DNA of 64,000 nt. It comes from Bdellovibrionales bacterium. GTDB taxonomy: Bacteria > Bdellovibrionota > Bdellovibrionia > Bdellovibrionales > UBA1609. Location of the stretch: NCBI GenBank assembly GCA_965219095.1, contig CBDCMT010000001.1:2080001-2144000 (forward strand), given 5' to 3'. The translations under genes were made by a program, and so were the position numbers. Below, one piece after another: positions 1 to 9,105 of this stretch; the first letter of the stretch is position 1, and each line of letters starts with the position of its first letter. A model generated the notes under the pieces. The model saw only the letters and a program-made list of their open reading frames with translations. It had not been told where the DNA came from and made no database searches.

Positions 1-433
1 CAAGTTTTGTTTTGTTCTTTTGAATGACCTTTTCAAAATGAGAGACTCGGCTAAGATCGACAAAGCTAAATTCAAAACCATGACGTTTAAAAACTGTATC
101 AAAAAGACGAAAAGTTCCTCCGTACATATCATCAAAAGCAATAACATGAGAGCCAGAGTCAAAAAGTTGTAAAACACTTGAAGTAGCAGCACAACCTGAA
201 CTGAAAGCAAACCCTGCTTTCCCTCCTTCTAACTCCGCCATACAAGTTTCATAATAATCTCTTGAAGGATTTGCAGCTCTTGAGTAATCATATTTTATAG
301 ATTTACCTGGAGACTTTTGAGTGAAAGTTGTGGAGAGGAAGAGAGGAGGCATAAGTGATCCTGTAGAAGGATCTTTTGTATACCCAAAATGAATGGCTGT
401 TGTTTCAAAACCTTTTTTTGTTTGATTTGACAT
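1..433 (-). CDS. Cystathionine gamma-lyase/synthase family PLP enzyme (N-terminal part; runs off window start)
   Basis: Manual translation from ATG at 433: MSNQTKKGFETTAIHFG...PPLFLSTTF...YDYSRAANPSR...FSSGCAA...DDMYEGT. GGAGG RBS upstream. Not in the ORF track. Confidence 0.9.
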   Translation of the reverse strand, partial: MSNQTKKGFETTAIHFGYTKDPSTGSLMPPLFLSTTFTQKSPGKSIKYDYSRAANPSRDYYETCMAELEGGKAGFAFSSGCAATSSVLQLFDSGSHVIAFDDMYGGTFRLFDTVFKRHGFEFSFVDLSRVSHFEKVIQKNKTKL

Positions 434-442
434 TATACCTCC

Positions 443-1417
443 TTATAAAAACTTTTGTTCTTTCATCCATTGGTCATTAAAAGCTTTTCCTAAATATTGT
501 CGACCACTATCAGGCATCATAACAAGAATTTTAGAGGCTTGAGTCAGCTTTTTAGAATACTCGATGGCTGAGTATAAAGTATGTCCTGAGGAAAGGCCTA
601 CAAGAAGACCTTCTTTTTTAAGAATATCTCTACACATAAGAAGAGCCTCTTTGTCTCCTACTTGAATGCAGTCGTCAATGACTTGAAAATTTAGATTTTC
701 AGGGATTAGGTCTTCTCCAATTCCTTCGACTTGATAGGGTTGAGGTTCCGTTTTTGTTTGTCCATAATGAAAATTGTCGTAAAGAATGCTTCCTATAGGA
801 TCGTTCAAAATGATCTTTATTTCAGGTTTTTTTTGTTTTAAATACTCTCCTACTCCAGAGATAGTGCCTCCTGTTCCAGCACCTGATACGAAGACATCAA
901 GATCTCCTTTCAACTGTTCCCAGATTTCGGGCCCTGTTATATCTTTATGAACTTGTCTGTTATCTAAATTATGGTACTGGTTAGTAAGAAAAGCACCTTT
1001 GGTGTTTTCAGCAATTTTTTGTGCTTGAGAATAATGGCTATCAGGATGATCAGGCTCTAAGCCATCAGGGGTGATCACAACATGAGCTCCATAAGCTTTA
1101 AGAACATCTTGTTTTTCTTGGCTTATTTTTTCCGGCATAACAAAAGTACAAGAATAACCTTTTAAATTAGCAATCATAGCAAGACCAATGCCTGTATTGC
1201 CCGAAGTGGCTTCTACAATCAATCCCCCTGATTGAAGGAGCCCTTTTTTTTCGGCTCTTTCAATCAAAGCACATGCTATGCGATCCTTGACACTGCCTCC
1301 AGGGTTAAACATCTCTAACTTGGCAAAAAAAGTGTGAGAGCTATTATGAGGCACACAGCGTTTAAGCTCTAAAATAGGTGTTTTTCCTATTAAGTCTAAT
1401 AAATTTTTATAAACCAT
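443..1417 (-). CDS. Cystathionine beta-synthase / cysteine synthase (CysK/CBS family)
   Basis: KLEMFNPGGSVKDR, EATSGNTG, GAGTGGT and YQVEGIG motifs; adjacent to the gamma-lyase. Confidence 0.9.
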   Translation of the reverse strand: MVYKNLLDLIGKTPILELKRCVPHNSSHTFFAKLEMFNPGGSVKDRIACALIERAEKKGLLQSGGLIVEATSGNTGIGLAMIANLKGYSCTFVMPEKISQEKQDVLKAYGAHVVITPDGLEPDHPDSHYSQAQKIAENTKGAFLTNQYHNLDNRQVHKDITGPEIWEQLKGDLDVFVSGAGTGGTISGVGEYLKQKKPEIKIILNDPIGSILYDNFHYGQTKTEPQPYQVEGIGEDLIPENLNFQVIDDCIQVGDKEALLMCRDILKKEGLLVGLSSGHTLYSAIEYSKKLTQASKILVMMPDSGRQYLGKAFNDQWMKEQKFL

Positions 1418-1432
1418 TTTTTTCTCCTCTCC

Positions 1433-2188
1433 TTAATTGATGAGGTTTTTTATTATAAGAAAGCCTGCCAATATAAAAAGGTAGACACTAAATATGTGAA
1501 GCTTTCCTTTTTCTATAAATCTTACTAAAAACTTCAAAGCAATCAAGCCCACAATATAAGAACTAAGAAAAGTTACAAGAAGAGGCCATGAAAGAAAAAC
1601 TTTGGAGCTAAGTTGTATGGACTGGAGGAGGACAGCTCCTAGGAGGGCTGGTAAAGCAATCATAAAACTAAAAAAAGAAGCCTCTTTTCGAGATAAACCA
1701 AGAAAAAGGCCTGTGCAAATTGTCAATCCTGATCGGCTAAGGCCTGGAATCACAGCGATCCCCTGAACTAAACCTATACTAAGAGTGTGCATAAAAGTTA
1801 GGTTTTTTTTTTCTAAATAAGACTTACGACTGGTTAAAAGGATTAAAGCTGTAACGAAAAAGCTAAGAGCTAAAAAGTAAGAGGCTTTTTGATAAAAAAA
1901 GGCCTCTAAGTAGGATTGAAAAGGTAAGACGAATAAAGCAGTCATAACATTAGATAAGAAAACAAAGCCCCAGAAAGAAAAATCCTTAAGGCTTTTTTTT
2001 ATATCCTCGTAATAAAAAGTCAAGATACTCAAAAAAGTTCCTCCATGAGCGACTACGTCGAGTAAAATGTTTTCTTTTTCTGAGGAAAAAAAATTCTGTA
2101 AAAGAAGCAAATGACCTGAACTAGAAACAGGGAGAAACTCAGTCAGTCCTTGTAGAACTCCTAACAGTAAGCTTTCTATTAACGACAT
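1433..2188 (-). CDS. uppP: Undecaprenyl-diphosphate phosphatase
   Basis: LQGLTEFLPVSSSGHL and PGLSRSG motifs; hydrophobic. Confidence 0.95.
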   Translation of the reverse strand: MSLIESLLLGVLQGLTEFLPVSSSGHLLLLQNFFSSEKENILLDVVAHGGTFLSILTFYYEDIKKSLKDFSFWGFVFLSNVMTALFVLPFQSYLEAFFYQKASYFLALSFFVTALILLTSRKSYLEKKNLTFMHTLSIGLVQGIAVIPGLSRSGLTICTGLFLGLSRKEASFFSFMIALPALLGAVLLQSIQLSSKVFLSWPLLVTFLSSYIVGLIALKFLVRFIEKGKLHIFSVYLFILAGFLIIKNLIN

Positions 2189-2317
2189 GCTGTTAGCTTA
2201 TCAGCCATACTTCTTAAAATCTATATTTTACTTTTATATTTAAAATTCTCCTCTTTGAAGACCTGATAAGAAGCTTTCTATACTTTTTTTAAACACCTTT
2301 TCAAAATAAGTTTTTTT

Positions 2318-3732
2318 GGCTTCTCCCGGGAATCTATGGATAAAAAGTAGTAGAAATCCCCCAAAAGAACTCAAAAACATTCTTTTATTTGCTGTATTAC
2401 ATTAAAATTTTAAAAAAGAAGCACCTACTTCCCAGATGCCTTAAAATGTTATTCAAAAAAAAAAAAAGGAGGGAAGAGATGCTTTTGAAGACTATACTAA
2501 ATGATTGTTTAAGATGGAAGTCTTTTGTATACGGAGACATTTATTTTTCAAAAGATAGAAAGTCAATTAATGTTCCTATTAAGGCTCGTAAAAATGGCCA
2601 AGCTTTTTGTAGTGTTTGTAAGAAGCCCTGTTCAGTGTATGACAGCAGTAAATCATCACGGGACTTTGAATCCCTTCCTATTTTAAGTTACAGGGTGTTT
2701 TTTGTTTATTTTGTAAGAAGAGTTAATTGTTCTTGCTGTGGAGTAAAAGTTGAGTATTTACCTTGGGCAGATGGGAAGAAAAACCTAACAATTTTTTACA
2801 TGAAGTATTTAGCAGACTGGTGTCGTCACCTGTCTTGGAAAGAGGTTTCTTGTAAGTTTCATGTCAGTTGGAATCAGGTCTATGCTTCGGTAGAATGGGT
2901 CGTAGAATATGGTTTAAAACAAAGGGTTTTAAAGGGAATACAAGCTATAGGTGTAGATGAAATACAATGGAAAAAGAACCATCAGTATCTCACCTTAGTC
3001 TATGAAATAAGCAAAGAAAGTGTTTGTTTGCTATGGATAGGAGAAAAAAGAACAGAAAAGAGTTTTAGAAAATTCTTTGATTTACTAGGAGAGAAGTCAA
3101 AAGAGATACGGTTTGTGTGCTCTGACATGTGGAAGCCTTATTTAAAAGTCATAAAGGAGAGGGCAAGTCAAGCTTTGAATATATTAGATCGGTTTCATAT
3201 CGTAGCAAGACTCAATAAGGCTTTAGACGAAGTGAGAGCTTCAGAACACAAAAAAATGAAAGAAGATGGGTATGAACCCCTTTTAACAAAAGCTAGATGG
3301 CCCTTGTTAAAAAATGCAGAAAATTTAAAATCTTATGAAAAAGTAAAATTAAGGCATTTAATACAGTACAATTTAAAAAGTATCCGCTGTTATTTTTTAA
3401 AAGAAGACTTCCGACAGTTATGGACCTATGTTTCACCAACTTGGGCTGGTAAATTTATAGACAGTTGGACGAGACGAGTCATGCTTTCAAAAATTGAACC
3501 TATGAAAAGAGAAGCAAAAACCATACGAAGACATAAGCTACTTATTCTTAATTACTTCAAGGCTAAAAAAGCCTTCTCCTCAGGGATTGTAGAGGGTTTA
3601 AACAACAAAGTAAAACTCACTATGAGAAAATCTTACGGCTTTAGAACCTCTAAAGCTATAAAAATCGCCTTATATCATAACCTTGGAAAACTGCCAGAAC
3701 CTCCGGGAACCCACAGATTCTTTTGAGAAGGC
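2318..3732 (+). mobile_element. ISL3-family IS, copy 1 (about 100-bp deletion in the left non-coding end)
   Basis: Left IR ggcttctcccgggaatct, right IR agattcttttgagaaggc; transposase inside. Confidence 0.9.
2479..3726 (+). CDS. ISL3 transposase
   Basis: CxxC zinc finger, GVDE, CSDMW, LDRFH, EGLNNKVK...YGFR; ATG after AGGAGG RBS. Confidence 0.93.
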   Translation: MLLKTILNDCLRWKSFVYGDIYFSKDRKSINVPIKARKNGQAFCSVCKKPCSVYDSSKSSRDFESLPILSYRVFFVYFVRRVNCSCCGVKVEYLPWADGKKNLTIFYMKYLADWCRHLSWKEVSCKFHVSWNQVYASVEWVVEYGLKQRVLKGIQAIGVDEIQWKKNHQYLTLVYEISKESVCLLWIGEKRTEKSFRKFFDLLGEKSKEIRFVCSDMWKPYLKVIKERASQALNILDRFHIVARLNKALDEVRASEHKKMKEDGYEPLLTKARWPLLKNAENLKSYEKVKLRHLIQYNLKSIRCYFLKEDFRQLWTYVSPTWAGKFIDSWTRRVMLSKIEPMKREAKTIRRHKLLILNYFKAKKAFSSGIVEGLNNKVKLTMRKSYGFRTSKAIKIALYHNLGKLPEPPGTHRFF

Positions 3733-4019
3733 AAAAAATCTAAACTTAGTTAGATATTTTTCTTTAAGCTTCCTTCCTAATCAAGCCTCTTATATCTTCA
3801 GGGTTTTACAATGAAGTCATCTTAATGGGAGTCTTTTATAAAAATATTTCTTTCTATGTTTTTATGTGTTAAGACTTCTTTACTTGAAAAAAATTCAAAA
3901 TATGATTTTCTTCAAAAGAACTCTTATTTTTTTGAATAAAAAACTTAAATTTTCTTATTTATAAAAAATAACTTATTTTTGTTGATTTTCATGGACGAAT
4001 CTGTTATTACAATGTACTT

Positions 4020-4322
4020 ATGAAAAACATAGTAAGAAAGATACGTATTTTATCACTTCAAAAGAAAATATCTCAGAGGAATTTGGCACAACAAATAGGA
4101 GTTTCTCCAAGTACTTTAAGCCGATACTTTTCAGAGCAAACTGATATACCATCCTGTGCTTTTATTAAACTATTAAAAATCTTAGGCTTTAATCTTAATG
4201 AGGTATTCCAACCTTTTGAAGATCCTCAGCCTATATTTTTTGAAAGTGAATTTGAAAGAAGTCAATACTTAAAATTATGTGATTGGTTTCAAAAGTCAGT
4301 ATGCAAAAACTATGAATTTTAA
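4020..4322 (+). CDS. XRE-family helix-turn-helix protein
   Basis: ISQRNLAQQIGVSPSTLSRY HTH signature. Confidence 0.8.
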   Translation: MKNIVRKIRILSLQKKISQRNLAQQIGVSPSTLSRYFSEQTDIPSCAFIKLLKILGFNLNEVFQPFEDPQPIFFESEFERSQYLKLCDWFQKSVCKNYEF

Positions 4323-4332
4323 GGAGGATGGT

Positions 4333-4869
4333 ATGGATAAAGAATTGCTTAATGATAAATCTTTGCAGAAAGTAGAGACAAAGCATGGAAATGTGATTTT
4401 ATCTAAAAAAATGAGAATGGAGTTTTTAGCTGATTGGAAGCAACGTTCAATTTTAGTCCTCCTAGAAGACGAATGTTTTCAGAAAGACGTAAGAAAGATT
4501 TCTGCATGTTTAGAAATTACAACAGACGAAGTATTCCAAGCTATAGAAAGTCTTAAGGAAAAAGGTTTTGTGACTGAAACAAAGCAAGGTTTTTTTCAAC
4601 AGAATTTGAAGGCCATTAAGATATCCGTTAAAGATTTCACTCCAGAAGAAAAAGTAAAAGCCCATGCTATGTTGTGTGCAGATTTTTTTCCTAGAATCAA
4701 AGTTACATCTAATATAAAGTTTAACTCATCCTTTGTGTTTTGTAATAGAAATACATTAAAGAGATTTCAGAAGCAGTTAGATAAAGTTTGTGATAGCTTT
4801 TTAAAGGAGATTGAGAAGGATCAAAATTGCGATACTCTTGTAGGATTTCAGTACATTTTTCTTGTCTAG
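4333..4869 (+). CDS. Winged-helix protein resembling DUF4423 / TIGR02147 C-terminal region
   Basis: AAGGAGG RBS at 4321; FLADW..SILVLL...F......IS..L......V..AIE.L...G pattern, recognised by eye only. Confidence 0.55.
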   Translation: MDKELLNDKSLQKVETKHGNVILSKKMRMEFLADWKQRSILVLLEDECFQKDVRKISACLEITTDEVFQAIESLKEKGFVTETKQGFFQQNLKAIKISVKDFTPEEKVKAHAMLCADFFPRIKVTSNIKFNSSFVFCNRNTLKRFQKQLDKVCDSFLKEIEKDQNCDTLVGFQYIFLV

Positions 4870-4919
4870 GTCGTATAATACTGATCGTGTTTCAAAAATC
4901 CCTTTTTCATAGACATACT

Positions 4920-5439
4920 GTAACTCGGTTATTTGACCGCTCTATCTGAGCTTAAATTTCTCTTATAAGTTTTTCTTAAGAGGGAGGATTTTATGGAAGA
5001 AGGGATTAATTTAAAAAAGAAGATACAGCTTTGTCGAGAGGAGAATTCCAACAAGAAGCTTATACGCTACCCAGAAGCTCTTAAGAGAGAGGTTCTAGAT
5101 TTTTTGAAAGAAGAGAAGATTTCTAAATTTTGTAAAGAGACAAAGGTCACCTCCTCCACGATCAATAACTGGAAGAAGTCTTATGTTTCAACAGTATCCC
5201 CTAAGAAGTCTCTTTTTAAGGCTGTTTCTTTGAAAAAGGAAAGCTTATGTGAGGATAAGAAGCTCTTAGTCTTAAAGGGTCTAGATTGGGAAGAGATTTT
5301 AGAATTAGTGAGGAATTTATGATCTTTTTTTTTTCTGAAGGCTATCATATTTTTGTCTGCTCTCGAAAGATAGATATGCGATGGAGTTTTGAAAGGTTAA
5401 GTTATTTGGTGAGAAGTGAGATGAAAGGTGAGATCAACT
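4920..5439 (+). mobile_element. Three-ORF IS66 element, left part (TnpA plus truncated TnpB)
   Basis: GTAACTCGG terminus; TnpA 4993-5322; TnpB 5319-5439 (IFVCSRKIDMRWSFERL) cut by a MITE. Confidence 0.8.
4993..5322 (+). CDS. IS66 TnpA-like HTH accessory protein
   Basis: RYPEALKREV...VTSSTINNWKK HTH; stop overlaps TnpB start (ATGA). Confidence 0.7.
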   Translation: MEEGINLKKKIQLCREENSNKKLIRYPEALKREVLDFLKEEKISKFCKETKVTSSTINNWKKSYVSTVSPKKSLFKAVSLKKESLCEDKKLLVLKGLDWEEILELVRNL

Positions 5440-7129
5440 GTAACTCGGTTTCTTAACAGCCCTTGACTTCTGCAGGGAGGATATTTCTTAGATTTTAAGG
5501 CTCCTCCCGGGAACCCACAGATTCCCGGGAGGAGCCCTTTTGGCTCCTCCCGGGAATCTGTGGGTGAAAAGTAGTAGAAATCCCCCAAAAAGGCTCATAT
5601 TAATCAAAGTAAGAGTAAGACATCCTATCTTGTATTTTTGAGTTCTTTGAGGCCCTTACTGGCCTCTATCGCCTTTGGCGATTGAACTCAAAAACATTCA
5701 TTTTATTTGCTTTTATTTGCTGTGTTACATTAAAATTTTAAAAAAGAAGCACCTACTTCCCAGATGCCTTAAAATGTTATTCAAAAAAAAAAAAAGGAGG
5801 GAAGAGATGCTTTTGAAGACTATACTAAATGATTGTTTAAGATGGAAGTCTTTTGTGTACGAAGACATTTATTTTTCAAAAGATAGAAAGTCAATTAATG
5901 TTCCTATTAAGGCTCGTAAAAATGGCCAAGCTTTTTGTAGTGTTTGTAAGAAGCCCTGTTCAGTGTATGACAGCAGTAAATCATCACGGGACTTTGAATC
6001 CCTTCCTATTTTAAGTTACAGGGTGTTCTTTGTTTATGCTGTAAGAAGAGTCAATTGTCCTTGCTGTGGGGTAAAAGTTGAACATTTACCTTGGGCCGAT
6101 GGTAAGAAGAGTTTAACGATCTTTTACATGAAGTACTTAGCAGACTGGTGTCGTCACCTGTCTTGGAAAGAGGTTTCTTGTAAGTTTCATGTCAGTTGGA
6201 ATCAGGTCTATGCTTCGGTAGAATGGGTCGTAGAATATGGTTTAAAACAAAGGGTTTTAAAGGGAATACAAGCTATAGGTGTAGATGAAATACAATGGAA
6301 AAAGAACCATCAGTATCTCACCTTAGTCTATGAAATAAGCAAAACCCGTGTACGCTTGTTGTGGATAGGAGAGAAAAGAACAGAAAAGAGTTTTAGAAAA
6401 TTCTTTGATTTACTAGGAGAGAAGTCAAAAGATATACGGTTTGTGTGTTCTGATATGTGGAAGCCTTATTTAAAAGTCATAAAGGAGAGGGCAAGTGGAG
6501 CTTTACACATATTAGATCGGTTTCATATCGTAGCAAGACTCAATAAGGCTTTAGACGAAGTGAGAGCTTCAGAACACAAAAAAATGAAAGAAGACGGGTA
6601 TGAACCCCTTTTAACAAAAGCTAGATGGCCCTTGTTAAAAAATGCAGAAAATTTAAAATCTTATGAAAAAGTAAAATTAAGGCATTTAATACAGTACAAT
6701 TTAAAAAGTATCCGCTGTTATTTTTTAAAAGAAGACTTCCGACAGTTATGGACCTATGTTCCACCAACTTGGGCTGGTAAATTTATAGACAGTTGGACGA
6801 GACGAGTCATGCTTTCAAAAATTGAACCTATGAAAAGAAAAGCAAAAACCATACGAAGACATAAGCTACTTATTCTTAATTACTTCAAGGCTAAAAAAAC
6901 CTTCTCCTCAGGGATTGTAGAGGGTTTAAACAACAAAGTAAAACTCACTATGAGAAAATCTTACGGCTTTAGAACCTCTAAAGCTATAAAAATCGCCTTA
7001 TATCATAACCTTGGAAAACTGCCAGAACCTCCGGGAACCCACAGATTCTTTCGAGGATGCGATTTTAAAGGGTTTTTTTGAAAGAAGTGTAGTCAGTATA
7101 AGTTAGGAGCGGTTTAAAAACCGAGTTAG
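5440..7129 (+). mobile_element. IS66-derived ~121-bp MITE split by an ISL3 insertion (halves 5440-5498 and 7061-7129)
   Basis: Both halves match the intact copy at 55196-55316. Confidence 0.85.
5499..7060 (+). mobile_element. ISL3 copy 2 (5542-7060) preceded by a 38-bp left-end palindrome
   Basis: 8-bp TSD gattttaa at 5491-5498 and 7061-7068; transposase from ATG 5807, stop mutated TGA>CGA so it reads through to 7081. Confidence 0.92.
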
Positions 7130-7217
7130 TAGAATAGGATGAAAATGAAAAAATTGAGGTGGTATGTAACAATTTTTGTCATTTTGAGACTTAGCTCTAA
7201 ATGATAGCAGTTAGGTT

Positions 7218-7233
7218 TGGCACGGCTTTTGCT
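7218..7233 (+). promoter_or_regulatory. Sigma-54 (-24/-12) promoter
   Basis: TGGCAC-GGCTT-TTGCT matches TGGCAC-N5-TTGCW exactly; rpoN is present in the window. Confidence 0.75.
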
Positions 7234-7366
7234 ATGTTACTTAACATAGGTTAAAAGTCCTTACCTACTAATATGAAGGAGAAAAGAAAACAGGACTTAG
7301 AAAACAGAAAATGCAAAGATATCTATTTAAATAGATATCTCTCAAATCGAAAGGAGAAAAAATCAA

Positions 7367-7549
7367 ATGAAATATTTAGTTTTATTAACCCCTATTTTGT
7401 GCTTAAGCACAGCCACTCTATCAGTCAATGCAGATTCTACTATAGAACTTGTAGAAAACAACCCATTCCATTATACACAAGGAGAATGTGCGGAAGGGTT
7501 TGAGGCCACGAAAGCTATTACTGATAACTTCTCTATCTTAGGAAACTGA
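7367..7549 (+). pseudogene. Signal-peptide-bearing secreted protein truncated by an IS630 end
   Basis: AAGGAG RBS; MKYLVLLTPILCLSTATLSVNA signal peptide; terminal ITDNFSILGN comes from the IS630-B right end (about 7520-7571). Confidence 0.7.
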
Positions 7550-8036
7550 AAACCTAAACGGAAGCACTATATGACCGCCCTTGACTTCTACTGAGGAGTA
7601 ATCAATAGCCTTTTTTAACCCACTCTCAGGACGAGCTTCTCCATAAAGTTTATAATACAGATCTTGCAGAGAAAGAACTAAATCCTTTGATTCTGTTTGT
7701 CTTAAATTTTTGAGTTCTTCATAAGTTTTTGCCTTTGATTCAACTTTAAAAATCCCCCCATAAGCTTTAATACTTTTCCACACTCCTCAGGGTAATTCTG
7801 TTCTATGTCAATAAACTTTCTTCTCGCATGAGACCAACAAAAAGCAAGATCAATTCCCTTTTCATCCTTAAAGTGTGTTTTATAACTAAACGTATCCATC
7901 TGTTAAAATAGGCCCCTTATAAGAGCCTAAGAGTTTTTTAACAGAACAGGCTGAACGGCTCTCACTAAAGTAATAAAAACTTCCTCCCTGATGACTTATA
8001 ACAAACATGTAGCCATCCTTTTACTGTGAATTATTA

Positions 8037-8908
8037 GGGCGTGTCCTCATTTGCCTATACCTTTTTCAAGACCTTAGGCGTGTTGAATATTTATAAAGAT
8101 TGTAAAAAGCTCATAACAAAGGGAGGTATTATGTTAAGAAAAGTTTTAACAGATTCTATGTGGAAGGATCTGGAAGCTATTAGTAAGAGAGAAAGGCTGT
8201 TATCATTCAGCAAACAATAGAAATGTTATGGAAGCAATTTTATGGAAATTACGCACAGGCAGTCCGTGGCGTGATATTCCTGAACAGTTCTGTCCTTGGA
8301 AGAGAGCATATAATCGCTTTAATAGGTGGGCACAAAAAAGGTTATGGAATGATTTTTTTTTACTTTACAAGAAGAAGTTGATACAGAGTGGGTGTCCATC
8401 GACGGAAGTTACGTATCGGTTCATCAGCATGCTAGTGGAGCTCGGCGTGGAGAAAGTCGTGCTGTGGGAAAATCTAGAGGTGGATCCACAACAAAAATAC
8501 ACATGGCCTCCGATGCGCATAGAAATCCACTCTGTTTTAAAATCACTGGGGGTGAAGTACACGACAGTCAAGTTGCAGGTGATTTAATTGATGAGTTTCG
8601 TAGTGAGTATTTGATTGCTGACAAGGCCTATGACTCGGATGAGATACGAGATAAGGCTCGTAGTAAGAAGATAAAGCCTGTGATACCGAGACGAAAAAAT
8701 AGCAAAAAGAAAAATAAAGATTTTGATCGTCATATCTATAAATCTCGACATCAGATAGAAAACCTTTTTGCTCGTCTTAAGCATTTTAGAGGTATTGCCA
8801 CTCGATTTGAAAAGCTTGCTAGAAATTTCAAAGCTATGCTATCTATAGCATGTATGTTTATTTGGCTTAAACTTCAAAGTAAAGGTCCAGTCAAATGAGG
8901 ACACGCCC
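8037..8908 (+). mobile_element. IS5-family IS (two-ORF, IS427-like), copy 1; orfA frameshifted
   Basis: IR gggcgtgtcctcattt / aaatgaggacacgccc, TA duplication; ORFs LRTGSPWRDIP and SIDGSYVSVHQHASGA...ADKAYD...IENLFARLK. Confidence 0.92.
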
Positions 8909-9105
8909 TAATAGGCCATGGAGTTTCATCAATATGAATCGTTATGCCTAGTTTAAGAAGTTCCTCTTTGATCTTTTCTCTCACAGGCTCTAAATAAGTA
9001 ACTGTTCAGAAAAATTCTAGTAAATTGTTGAAATTTCACTAAAAGCTCCTATGCCTATAATGTTATATGATATTTTTCGTTTAGATTTTCAGATTTTTTG
9101 AGTTA

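Noticed and set aside
2389..2478. N-terminal extensions of the ISL3 ORFs (from 2389 and 5675)
   Set aside because: They differ between copies; the ATG after AGGAGG is the shared start
5319..5439. 'TnpB' as an RNA-guided nuclease
   Set aside because: This is the unrelated IS66 accessory TnpB, and it is truncated; no IS200/IS605 TnpB, IscB or IS110 gene was seen
7273..7503. 76-aa ORF
   Set aside because: Overlaps the better-supported signal-peptide ORF and palindromic leader; no RBS seen
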